From the NCBI RefSeq assembly GCF_006345805.1, contig NC_043012.1, forward strand, positions 3,100,001 to 3,164,000: DNA of 64,000 nucleotides. Direction: 5' to 3'. Position numbers and translations under genes: made by a program. Of this stretch, positions 37,895 to 50,544 are shown in pieces; within the stretch, counting starts at the first letter, position 1; the number at the start of each line of letters is the position of its first letter. The notes below the pieces were generated by a model. The model worked only from the letters and a program-made list of their open reading frames with translations, was not told where the DNA came from and ran no database searches. This DNA comes from Octopus sinensis. Its lineage: Eukaryota.

Positions 37895-39029
37895 TGTGAA
37901 GTGACAATAGCGAAGCCATGGCACAGTGAGGACAACTGCGAATTCCATTGACAACGATAACACAATATTTGCTGTGCAAAGAGATGTGACGGAAAAAAAG
38001 GATAAGAAGAAAATATATATTAAAAATATATGAATGTAAAAAAGAAAAAAAACAAAAATATGAACAAAAAAAAAAAACAAACAGAACAAAGAGTGTATTT
38101 GATGGCCGTGTTCGGTGTCTGACTCTTTCAAAATATATAATGGCTGTGCAATAAGCAATTGTAAAAGTTCCAAGCTGAGAGATTATTACTCTTAGGTTTA
38201 GAGCTTGTGTGTTAACACAAATGCAATTTCTTCCTCCAAACTGTACATGTTTTTATGTGTGTGCAGATATGTTTGCGTGTTGGATTTCGCTACTAATGTT
38301 AACGGTTTTTTTTTTTTTCCTTTTTTTTTTCTCTTAAAACATCCTGCAAAAGTCTAATTTGAGGGTTCTTTAGAACTGGAAATCGCAGGACCGACACCAA
38401 ACTCTGCAGCACCCATACATGCATGCACACTGAATGGTCGAGAATACTTCACATAATGGTTATCCGAGGCCCCTGCTATCTTCTCTTTCTCATACTTACA
38501 CATACAGATGCTCATGGCCAACCCACTGTTACTACGAGACTTTTTATGCAATAAACGGAAAAGACTTAGGTTACACATTTTTATTTTAATTATTATTTCT
38601 TTTTTTTTTCTTTGGAAAAAAAAAACAAACAAACAAGAATATTGAAACCCATATACACTTAATCTCCTTTTATTCACCTTAATTCTTTCTTTTTAACCAA
38701 AATTATTTTGTTTTCTTTAATCTTTAATTTCACACCCTAACCAATATCTTTTCTGCAGTGCTGTCATTACAATGCTCTGTGAGAGTTGAAGATGCTATAT
38801 TAACGGTCACTCGACAAATTCTTGTAGTCTGACTGAAAATATTAGCAGCAGATGTTTGCCTGGAACATCCAGTCTGTATGTTTGGACTTCTCAACAGGAA
38901 ATGTCATCATTTTCTGGCTTAATTACCTGAATAGTAAATTCTATGGCATGGATTTTGCCTTATTTCTATATTAAAGGGATATAATAGTTTATTTCTCTCC
39001 CCCTCTCATTTGTTATTTTATGTATAACA

Positions 39030-39261
39030 TTATAAATGTTTGGATATATATATATATATGTGTGTGTGTGTGCATATATATATTTGCATATATATATATT
39101 TGTATATAGCATATATATATATATATATATTATGTATATACATGCACACCTGCATAATATTTAGTTTTCTATATGTAATATATATATACATATTAAATAT
39201 GTTTCTGTATGCATGGATATATATATATATACATGTGTGTGCATACATGTATATATATGTG

Positions 39262-39301
<40 letters not shown>

Positions 39302-39420
39302 CACATATATATGTATACATGTTTGTATATACATTTATGTGTGTGTGTATATTGATTGTATGCATATATATATATATATGTATTAGATATTCATTTATAA
39401 TAAATAAATAAATAAATAAA
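39030..39420. repeat. Compound (TA)n/(TG)n microsatellite field
   Basis: Direct read; similar fields at 9640-9840, 39960-40290 and 42510-42740. Confidence 0.95.
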
Positions 39421-40006
39421 TATTAAATGGGACCCTCTCCATTGTTTTTGGCTTTGGGGTTGTTTGTTTTTCATCTCTAGGTTTCCAACAGTATTCCTTC
39501 TCGTTAGCTTTAATTAGTAAAAAGTTGCTCTCTGACTCTGTGCATTAATAGTAGATATATATGTCTAAACATTTGGCATCATTATGAATACAAACTTTAA
39601 ATAGTTCTATTTCATTATGGAAACATCTTTCTATGCCTTCTTTAAAATCTCCGAGATAAATTTTATTTCAGTTTAACAGCATTTTCTTAGTTTTACATCA
39701 TAATTAGAAAAGAAGATTTTTATTTACAGTTTTTCCTGTTTACAGATAAAACTTATGTCTACTAATGGCCATTTTTAGATTAATTATTTATTGTAAATAA
39801 CAATTAATTAAATAGTTATGAACATATTTATGGTATCAATATGTTTAAGTATTAGAAACCGAGTCTAATATTTTAGATTACTGAAATTACTAAAACAATA
39901 ATTTCTCATAAATTAATTCAATAAATAGATTTTTTTTCTTTTAATTTTTTCAGATCAGCTAACTATATACCTTTGTGCATATATATATATATATATAATG
40001 ATATAT

Positions 40007-40040
<34 letters not shown>

Positions 40041-40216
40041 GTGGAGGCATGTGTCTCAGTGGTTAAGGTGTTGGACTCGTGATTGTCAGATTGTTGTTTC
40101 AATTCCTGGATCAGGCGACATGTTGTGTTGTTGAGCAAAACACTTCATTTCATGTTGTTCCAGTCCAATCAACTAGTAACCAGTCCTCTGCTCCTTATGG
40201 AGTAATATAGACCAAC

Positions 40217-40268
<52 letters not shown>

Positions 40269-40825
40269 ATATATAATATATGTATATATATTGGGTATAA
40301 ATTGCTGTCCTTTAATATATACACAGAGTATCCTTGAAGCAACTAAGAATATGGTAGATGTTTCCTAAATAGTTAAAGAAGGGGAGAGATAGCAAGGAGA
40401 GAGTTTAAAACTATGTGAATAACTATTCTACAGAAGATGTTGTATTAAGTAACCTCCAGTATAAAATCTCTCTTACACAAAAGAAGTTGGAGCAATTAAT
40501 CAAAATACAAATAAATTTTTTTAAAAACCCTTGTATTGGCTTAAAATATTGGTCTTCCTCTATTGTAATTATCTTAAAAACAGATCAGGTTTTGCTGAGA
40601 AGCTACCATTCTAATAGAATGATAGAAGTTGGTTTAGAGGGATGTTTAAGAAAGAAAGATATTGTTTTTATCAAACCTTGCATTTTGTTTATTTATTTTT
40701 AATTTTACCATTAATTTTGTCTTTTTTTGTTTTATGCTTAAATTCCATGTATATTCCACATGGGAAATTCTGAGTTAAATTTTTTTATTATTATTTTTTT
40801 GACAAAAAGGAAGAAGAAATTGTCT

Positions 40826-41375
40826 TAGCTGGAGAATGCTAAGTCTGGCTGTTACAACTGTGTCTATAGCTGTAGAGAGTTAACTCTTCGGTTATTTCTG
40901 ATGTATCTGGGGTAACCAGACCATATTAAATCACTGGCTGCCACTGATGGATGTGTCTGTAGCCACATGAGCCGTTTCTGAGTGGTTGCTGTTGATGTAT
41001 CAGTGGCTGGTAAGAGAGAGAAAGAAAGAGAAAAGCAGAAGAGAAATGAGCTAAATTCTCAGTTGTTACTGAGCAGTGGGGGAAAAAACTTTTGAATGTT
41101 GCTGATGTGTCATATTGATGGCTGGAGAAAGCTAAAACTTTGGCCAATGCTGATGATGTGTACGTAGTTTGGAAGAACTAAATCTTTGGCTGTTACCGAT
41201 GTATCTGGTGAGTGCTAAGTCATTGAGTGTTACTGATGTGAATGTAGCTGTAGTGAGATAGAAAAAGATTGCAAGATAGTGAGAGTGAAAGAGATACAAA
41301 GAGAGAGAGAGAGAGAAAGACAGCTATATTTTTGGGCTCTTGATGATGTATCTGTAATTGCTGGGGAGAATTAAG
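40826..41375 (+). repeat. Cryptic degenerate ~40-48-bp tandem repeat
   Basis: Recurrent units resembling TAGCTGGAGAAWGCTAARTCTTTGGCTGTTACTGATGTATCTG; YTGATGT(A/G)TC-like cores at about 40898, 40944, 40992, 41102, 41150, 41197, 41233, 41340. Confidence 0.6.
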
Positions 41376-42701
41376 TTCTCGTTTGTTCTATTCTCTCTGT
41401 TTTGCTTCCATTTTTAGTTGGAAACATTCTTTTGTATGACGATCAGGGATTGTATCATGGATTCTTATTTTTTTCTTTTACTCTTCATTTTTCTTTTCTT
41501 TTTTTTTCTAATTTTCTTTTTTCTTTTTTTTTTTTACTCTTTTTTTTTTCCAAAAATTAAAACAAATATGGGAATATTTTTATAGCTCATTCTTTAGTAC
41601 AACCCTGAAATGCTACTTGAAATGAGACAGTCCGACTTAGGAAAGACATTTTTTGTAACTGTTTACTTGCCCCCCCTCCCCCCTTCCTTTCCCTTCTTTC
41701 TCCCTCAAGATTCCACTTTGAAACCGATTTCTTCAAGTAGTGCCTTGTACTGACTTCTCTGGATTTCACTGTCCTTGATGGTGCCTCATGTCATAAGTAG
41801 TGACACTAACTAAAGGGGTCCTAATAATTTGTCTTTCTTGCCCAACTTTTGTGGGGGGGAGGGAGGGTTTTATCCAGCTAATCTATAGTGCAACTATTTC
41901 AATCAAATGTCATTCAAAAAGGACTTAGAACTTTTTTCATTTACAATGCTAAATATGGAGTCGTTATTTTTCTCAAGGGAATGTTCTACAGATTAACTTC
42001 TTTTATTTCTTTATTGTTTCGTCTTTTTTTTTTTCCTTTTTTAGATTAGTTCATTGTAAAAAAAAAAAAAACACAAACAAAAATTCTAGGACTAAGAGGA
42101 ATCTACAGTTGTAAGACTGGCTGTGTGAGTAAAAGTTTTTGGAAGTTTCTTGTACAGTAAGAGTTGCTGTTCTGTCATGATACGATATAAAAATCAGTGG
42201 AATATGAACTTGTAAACATTATCCACTTTGTTAATATTACTGTAACTCTTGCCTAGAAGGTTTCTTTTAATGGATTCTTAGGTTTATATATGTGTGTATA
42301 TAGCAAATCAGTACACGATATTGAAAGCCTACAAATTAACTGTAAAAAAGATTCTAGAATACAAGACATGATACATTAGTGTGTTTAATTAATTGTAACT
42401 AAAGAGTTTTGAAGACTAGAAAAATTAATCAGTAATTAATTGGCTTAGAATGTTGTGGTGCTAGAATTTAAAAAAACTTACTAGATATATAATCACAGCC
42501 ATACATACTATATGTGTGTGTGTATATATGTATATATATGTGTGTGTGTGTGTGTGTTTATGCATATGTGTGTATATATGTATTTTTATATGCATATGTA
42601 TTCAGATGTATATATGCATGTGTGTGTGTGTGTATGCATGCACACATACATATATGTATGTATGTATGTACAAAGCAGTGTCAGATGTATGTATATATAT
42701 A

Positions 42702-42740
<39 letters not shown>

Positions 42741-43304
42741 AACAACAGACAGACTGTCAATATATTTACATATATCAATCAGTAAGTAATTTGTTACAAA
42801 ACAGAAATAATAAGCATAAAGGGAAAGCAAGCTTAAAGGGTAGGTCAGGTTTTAGATTTATTAATTAGCTAATTAATGAGGCACAAACATCTAATGATTA
42901 ACTTTATCAAGTTTTGGCCTTTTGTTTTTCTTTTTTTTTTTAATGCTCTAAAATTGTAGGTAATTTTTTTTTTCAATTAATTAATTTTACTTTTATACTT
43001 TGATAGCATCATTTTTCATCAACTTTTGCTAATTGTGATCCCATAATTTGCAAAGGGGCTTAACAGAAATAATTTTTTTGTTATTTTTGTTATTTTAATT
43101 CTTGGTTTCAATAATTCAATTGAACATGTTCATTTCATTTTTATTTTCATTTTATTATTATTATTATTTTTTAAATTTTATTTCGTTTTCAAATTAGATT
43201 TTGGACTCTTTAGAGCTGACAAAGGAACTGTCTTGGTTCCAACCCAAGATTGATTCCTCATTGGTGTCTTTTTTTGTCTCAGTTATTAATTATTTTTTTA
43301 AACA

Positions 43305-43307
<3 letters not shown>

Positions 43308-43353
<46 letters not shown>

Positions 43354-43381
43354 TATATACTCATACATACGCATATATATA

Positions 43382-43422
<41 letters not shown>

Positions 43423-43523
43423 GTGTGGTACTCTAATCTGCATAATGATGACGACAATGATGATGAAGATGATAATTATAATGATGATAATAATACTAAT
43501 ACTACTACTACTACCACTACTAT

Positions 43524-43570
<47 letters not shown>
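43308..43570. repeat. (TA)n followed by (GAT)/(AAT)/(ACT)n trinucleotide repeats
   Basis: Direct read. Confidence 0.95.
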
Positions 43571-43862
43571 GAACATCAGAAAGCTGCCAATGGAACTCTT
43601 TAGCAGATCTCACCTACATTGCCATATATTTTCACATCAAGACTCCAGAAAACCAACTGACTTGTCTGTGGCCTTGCTGCAGATATCGAACTATGTATTT
43701 CATACCTGTGTAAATGTGAGGATCAGTAGATGTTTGTATTTAGTGAAGATTCTGAACACAATTCTATGATGTTGGAAGGATCCTATTCACTGCTGTTCAT
43801 TGAAGTACATTTCCAATAAAATCAAACTTAATTTCATGGGTTATCACTGACTTTTTTTTTGC

Positions 43863-43906
<44 letters not shown>

Positions 43907-44049
43907 TGTCTTCTCAAATAGAAGATGAACCTTGATTTTAAAACATTGCTGTTAATGTTGTTGTTGTTATTATTGTTGTTGCTGTTGTTGTAGTTATTAT
44001 TATTATGGGAACAAGCTAGCAGGCCTAAAGGAATTATTATTATTATTAT

Positions 44050-44425
44050 TAAGGTGATGAGCTGGCAGAATTGTTAGCACACTGGGTGAAATGCTTAGCG
44101 GTATTTCCCCTGTCACTACATTCTAAGTTCAAAATCCGCCAAGGTTGGTTTTGCCTTTCATCCTTTCGGGGTCGATAAATTAAGTATCAGTGAAACACTT
44201 GGTTGATGTAATTGACTTACTCCCTCACCTGAAATTGCAGGCCTTGTGCCAGAATTTGAAATTATTATTATTATTATTATTATTATTATGAGTTCAAATT
44301 CTGCTGAGGACAACTTTTCCTTCTGTCCTTTTGAAGTCGATAAAATAAATACCAGTTGATCACTGGGGTCAGTGTATTTAACTAACCCAATCCCCTTAAA
44401 TTTCAGGGCCTTGTGCCTATAGTAG
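44050..44425 (+). mobile_element. Two family A SINEs (tail type 2); further copies at 1-139, 14990-15220, 22320-22535, 36140-36350, 62290-62470
   Basis: Family A core followed by CCCT..CCTGAAATTGC.GGCCTTGTGCC..AATTTGAAA and an (ATT)n tail. Confidence 0.8.
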
Positions 44426-44635
44426 AAAGGATTTTTTTTTCCTGTCTCCAGTTTCAAGTTACATGTTTATGTCTTAAATATGAAGGAACAAGAAACAAAG
44501 CTTAAAAAAAACTCTCAACAGATGTGCAAGTTCAGAGCAGGAGATTCCAGCTGGACTCAAGTTGAAGCTTTCAGAAGTCTTGTTTCATCTAGTAAGCGCC
44601 AAGTGGATGCCTAAGATTATTTTTCAATCTGTCTT

Positions 44636-44865
44636 GTAACCCTTTGGCATTCAGATTATTCTGTCAAATGTAATGCTTATTTATTCACACTGCTTTCAAT
44701 TAATCATGCAATTATCTTGTCACTTGAAGATTTTCATCATATGATTGCTTATATATATAACGGCTTTGTTAGGATAGATGTGAGTGGCCTGATTTGGCTT
44801 CTTTGAATGGAGAACAGACAGAATATTTGGGCTGAATATGGCTGGTTTAAATGCTAAAAGGTTAA
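44636..44865 (+). mobile_element. piggyBac-type MITE, family 2
   Basis: TAACCCTTTGGCATT ... AATGCTAAAAGGTTAA. Confidence 0.75.
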
Positions 44866-45489
44866 GATAACTCATTTACCAAATTGATGTATTTTTGTTC
44901 CCCAGACCTATTCTTCACATTATCAATCATTTTTGATAAAAGTCTACTTTATGAACCACCATAACATTGAATTATTCATCCAATCCATTTAATTTTTACT
45001 TCCAAATTTACACTCATTTTTTTTCCAGATTTGCTCTACAATTACAAACCTTAATCTAGCACAGTTAAGTAAAATGATCCCTTTTAGACAAATTTTGGAA
45101 GGTGTTTTCATTCTGAAATAGAAGTTTATTTATTCTTTTATTCCTACAAAGAGCACCAAATGACGGAATTGACAGAGCTGAGCATTGGCTACAAAATATT
45201 ATTGTTAAGTCCTTTTCCATCCTGCATTCAAATACTACCAATGAAATAACTTTGCCTTTTATTTTTTTCAGAGTCAATAAAATAAGTACCAAGGATTTCA
45301 GCCATGTCTCCCACTCACCATTACAATACTGCACAACAAAAAAGCAACTTAAAGAATTGGGTTGTAAGAAGCATCCATCAAAAAACAGCATTTTCAGCAT
45401 TTTAGCTCTTTAGATAATATTGCTTCTTACATCATACCATACAATTGAAAACACATACCCAACCAACCCTTACCTCCTATACTCCATCC

Positions 45490-45830
45490 CAAAATGATTA
45501 GTCCACATTACTCCATAAGGAGCATAGGGTTGTAACCATTTCATGCAAGTGGAAGTAATCTTGAGCAACCTCTTTGATTTCAGGCCAAGAGAGATTGATT
45601 GTTTTCCCTTTGTTCTCCAAACATTCTTTCCAGGTCTTCTTAGTCATCCAACATTCCTCTTTCCTTCGGGTTCCCAGTCTAACACTTGTCTTGCAATGCT
45701 GCTTGGAGGTCATCTCCAATCCTGTCCCCTTTCCTTTTCAAAATTTCTTGATGGGAGTTTGGCTCATTTTATACCCTACAGACTTCTGTTTGAAATTTTG
45801 TCCAGCCACCAAATATTGAGGATGTAGTTC
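45490..45830 (-). mobile_element. Decayed RTE-clade LINE 3' end
   Basis: Minus strand reads ILNIWWLDKISN...IARQVLDWEPEGKRNVG...KKTWKECLE...WPEIKEVAQD...LCSLWSNVD, typical of the RTE terminus; multiple stops and frameshifts. Confidence 0.65.
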
Positions 45831-46323
45831 AAGATCTCAAAAGTTAACTTATAATTTCAGATCCAAGCAGAATTACCCACTATATCAATCACAGCATCTT
45901 AAGGCAGTGATATACAAAGCCATTATGTAATCAGTAATGGTATTCACAGAAACAGCATTGGACTAACAGAACATACTTTGTAAAGTAGATTCAATCAACA
46001 TATATACTCCTTCAAATTCATAAATAATCATCATTGTCACCACTTATCGCCTGGAAATTGAAGGTCTAGTAATTTGAAAACATCCTCATCACTCAGATAT
46101 CTAGACACTGCTTCTGGGAAAAATGTTACATCTTGGTCCAACAACAAGAATCACTAAAAGAAGAGTGGAAATTTTGATTCATTGCAAACAGAATCAAATT
46201 TGATTGAAAATGTTTCAAATACCAATGATAAATTATTCATAGGGTTTCAACACAGTGATATCATCTTATGGAAAATTATGGAACAAAATTTTATTAATCA
46301 TCCACCCTAGACTTTCACCCATG

Positions 46324-46357
<34 letters not shown>

Positions 46358-48818
46358 AGAGAGAGAGATTGATATTGATAGATAGATAGAGAGATAACAC
46401 ATGTATAATAATTACACACACGTTCATTCATTTGGTTTTACATCCATTTTTCCATGCTTGCAGGAATTAGATGAACACATTACTGAGGTATTATTTTATA
46501 TATGGATGCCCTTCTTGATGCTAACCCTTACCTGTTTATCAAATAAGGGATTTCTTATTATATATATATATGTATATATATACATACATACAATAGGCAA
46601 TAGGCTTCTATTCAGTTTCAGTCTGCCATTTGTTTAACTGTAGGAAGAATTATCATGTTGCTATCCCCCAACTAGTCAAGCCTTTATTATTCTGTCACAT
46701 ACTCTGACTACCTCAATTATACCTGTGTCCTTTACTCATAAGGAGTCTAGCTGAGGCTCACCTCTATATTGCTTGTAAGCAGTCTGGTTGAGGCTCTCCT
46801 CCATCTTGCTTCTTATACAAAACACACATGTCTACTCTTCTTCATGCTAGTTTCTCTACAATCTCTCCAGACTAACATTTTACTCACCAACTTTCTTTAG
46901 GGGCGGAGGTTACTTAACAAGAGTGGATCTTCTGGTGGGAAGTTGATTGTCTCCAAAAATGAAGATAGTTTGTGCCCTTGTGTGATGATAGAGAAGGAGT
47001 TCTTAAATATGACTAGTTCTTCCTTACCTGACTCCCACCACTACTGTGCACAGTGCTGTCATAGTAAGCTTATGCAACACAATCAGAATTGACAGTTAAA
47101 TAAATAGACCACTTCTACAAGACCTTTTTCCAAATTGTCTCATTAATGATAGCCAGTGACCTCATTATCATGGTTGGTGAATTTTATACGAGTTTCTCAT
47201 TGTATTTGCAATTGTCACAGTTTTTGCTTAATTTTGTTGGTTGGACACTCTTCCTATCTATTTTACATCTTGCTTTGCATTTTTTTAATCACCTTACCAA
47301 TGCTAGAGAAATCATTTCATCCCCTTGCATTATCAGTTTTTACTGATTTCTATTACTGGTCTCCTGGAAGAGTTGCTTTTGCAAATCCTACATTTCCTAA
47401 ATGCATATTGTTATTTGAAGTTGTTCTCTTTAAATAATTTGTCTTCACTATAAACAAGAAGCCATATATCCTCCATACAGAATATTATTCAGAAATACTG
47501 TTATACTGTTCTGCTAGTTTGTGCAATGTTCTCCTTGTTGCTGCCATAGAGAATTTTATTCAGAATTACTGTCAAGCCACATTCACAATGAACTATAATC
47601 TCTGCCTTCCTCATTTGTAGAAACAGGGGCAGGTTATGTGGTTGCCTGGTGGGGTTTGCTTGGCTCATGTAAATTCCTAGAAGGAGAATAAAGAGAATGG
47701 AATCATAGTCGGAATAATGGGGGTTGATTTCAGTGTAGCTTGCAGTGACCAGACCCCTGTGCAAAATTCATTCAGAGCTACTTTGTCAAGTTAATGCAGA
47801 CATTTTGCCCATCCCATGCAGAATCTCATTGAGAATCATGTTGCATTCACTGCGCAATACTACAAAGGATGTGGGGAGTTTAGGGGTGGTTGGTGGGCCT
47901 CTTTGCAGTGTGTGAATTTGTATAAGTAGGAGGAAGGGAACTTACATGAGACTAGTAGGTTTGTGTCATAAATTAGAGTAGTGGCAGCTGGTCATATTTG
48001 CTGTGATAGGAGATGCAGGCAATAGGATCAGTATGCAACATTAGTGCTTTCCAGAAACATTTACATCTGCTGTGAAATTGTAAGCTTATAACCAATGCTG
48101 AGAGAGACACAATGAACCAACCAAAGGACTGACAAGATCTCATTTCATGTTTAGTCATTAATACTGAAATAATAGTATTACCAGCTGTAAAGCTTAAAAA
48201 CTATATGTGTGTGTATGTATATATATATATGTTTGTGTGTGTGTGTGTAAAATGTATGTATATATATATATATATATATATAATAATATTAGGGAATAAA
48301 TCCAAACTTACAGGGAAAAATTAGATTCAGGATTAAATCCAATTTTATGGTATAAATATATTATATTATATTATATTAAATTAGAGATAAAACCACTATT
48401 AGGCAAATCAAACAGTGAAAAACATAAGGCAATACATAAAATTAATTTAAAAATATAAAAGTTAAAAATAAAAAATTATCTAAATAATTTAAACTTATAA
48501 ATTTTATATATAAATACAAATATATATATATATATGTATGTATGTATATTTTTATATTTATAATTTTATTTATTAATTTTTTTTTTATATATCCCTCTCT
48601 CTCTCTCTCTCTGGAGAGGCACAAGCACCTACACATACATACACACATGGCAGTAACTTCCGCCTGCCAAATTTAATCACAAAGCTGTGGTCAGCCCGGG
48701 GCCATAGCAGAAGACACTTGCCCAAAGTGCCCCGCAGTGGGACTGAACCCAGAACCATGTGGCTGGGAAGCCAGCTTCCTATGTATGTGTATATCTATAT
48801 ATAATGTATTTATGTATA

Positions 48819-49135
48819 TGGGAAACAATGCCCCACCCACCATATTCACCAGACATTCCCCCATCTGATTATCATTTATTCCACGGTCTTCAAAATCATT
48901 TGGATGGAAAAAATATGAATTCTATAGAAGAAGTCAGAACAGTACTGGAAGAGTATTTTTCATCATGGACAAGTGAATTTTGGATGAGGGGCTTTGAACG
49001 TCTATCAGATAGATGGAAGAGCATTGTAGAAAATGAAGGGAGTATATTTTAGATTAAAAAAGAACTTTGTTTATCTTAATTTTGAAAAATAAAGGAAGTA
49101 TAAAAAAAAACCATTATTTATGGCATTTCCCAATA
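48819..49135 (+). mobile_element. Mariner transposase 3' fragment with right terminus
   Basis: WETMPHPPYSPDIPPSDYHLFHGLQNHL...FWMRGFERLSDRWKSIVENEG contains the mariner YSPDLAPxD catalytic motif; ends ...ATTTATGGCATTTCCCAA|TA. Confidence 0.9.
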
Positions 49136-50293
49136 CTTAGATTGTTGAATTCACCATCATGGGTTCAATTCCTTGACTAGGTGATGCATTGCACTTCATT
49201 TCATTCAGTTGTAATGTGTACCACCTGGATGATGGTGCAGCCACCCCCTTTCTCTCTCTCTCTTTCTGTATCTATCTCTCCAGCCAACACATTCTAGCTT
49301 TTCTACTTGGCTCCGGGTGGGAGGGCCAACAGGCTGCCTACATCTGCTCTCAATGACACAGACACCCGAAACAATTAGTGTAAACCATGCTACATCTTAT
49401 CAAGTCATATTTACTTACGAATGATGATGCTGGGTTCTTTGGTGGATTGATGGATGTGTTAGGTGTATGCGCATCATCATCATCATCCTCATCATTGTTT
49501 AATGTCCGCTTTCCATGGGTTGGACAATTTGACTGAGGTCTGGCGAACCAGATGGCCGCACCAGACTCCATTCTGATCTGCTAGAGTTTCTACAGCTGGA
49601 TGCCCTTCCTAACGCCAACCACTCGAGAGTTTAGTGGGTGCTTTTACATTCCACTGGCACGAGGGCCAGTCAGGTGGTACTGGCAACGGCCACACTCAAA
49701 TGGTGCTTTTTATGTGCCACCTGCACAGGAGCCAGTCCAACGGCACTGGCAACGACCTCGCTCAAACTTTTTTTCATGTGCCATCAGAAATATATGTTCC
49801 TTCTCAATTTCTGTTCTGTTTGACAGCACATGAGAAAGAACAAACTAAGACAAAAGCTATCCTTGTCAGATAGCATTTTCAAGTAAATTGTGATTAGTTA
49901 AATCATAACGATCCACTTCAAAACACATACACACAATATCCAAACACTTACAATACCATAATGTCAATGTGGTCACCCAATATCTGACCCAGCATTACCC
50001 ACTCCTTAATTCAAGCCACAGTTGATGACCGGGCCAGCAGCCAAATTCTGCAACAATTACAGCTACAACAAACACTTTGACCAGCTCTAATTTACCCACA
50101 TTTTCATATCACTACCTACTAAATAAAAAAAAAAATTTATTTATTGCATCTTTAGCGACTTCAGATATTGCTTATGAAAATGTGGATAAAACAAATTCTC
50201 ATACTGGGGTGGAGGAGCTGAGATTCTAACTGGAGGTGCTGAGCACCCCATAGCCCCCTCGTGTGCCTGAGGTATGGTAAGGTATATTTGCAC

Positions 50294-50530
50294 TAAGGCG
50301 GCGAGCTGGCAGAAACGTTAGCACGCCGGGCGAAATGCATAGCCGTATTTCGTCTGCCGCTACGTTCTGAGTTCAAATTCCGCCGAGGTCGACTTTGCCT
50401 TTCATCCTTTCGGGGTCGATAAATTAAGTACCAGTTACGCACTGGGGTCGATATAATCGACTTAATACCTATGTCTGTCCTTGTTTGTCCCCTCTGTGTT
50501 TAGCCCCTTGTGGGTAATAAAGAAATAGGT
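50294..50530 (+). mobile_element. tRNA-derived SINE family A (tail type 1), near-consensus copy with 18-bp TSD
   Basis: TAAGGCGGCGAGCTGGCAGAAACG...GAGTTCAAATTCC (B-box-like)...GCCTTTCATCCTTTCGGGGTCGATAAATTAAGTACC...AAAGAAATAGG. AGGTATATTTGCACTAAG occurs at 50280-50297 and 50527-50544. Confidence 0.9.
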
Positions 50531-50544
50531 ATATTTGCACTAAG

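Larger units (their letters stand above)
37895..43200 (+). other. Putative long 3' UTR of the SH2 adapter gene
   Basis: Follows the stop codon; almost no SINEs (one decayed copy near 40040-40200); many T-tracts on the sense strand. The 3' end is not determined. Confidence 0.45.

Noticed and set aside
39030-43713. Long ORFs in the track (39030-39411, 42512-42868, 43201-43713; also 9452-9848)
   Set aside because: Translations of TA/TG/ACT microsatellites (poly-IY, CV, T, L); not genes.
47500-47765. Possible APE endonuclease remnant on the minus strand (INPHYSDYDSILF resembles the SDH motif)
   Set aside because: Single degenerate motif; too weak to call without a profile search.
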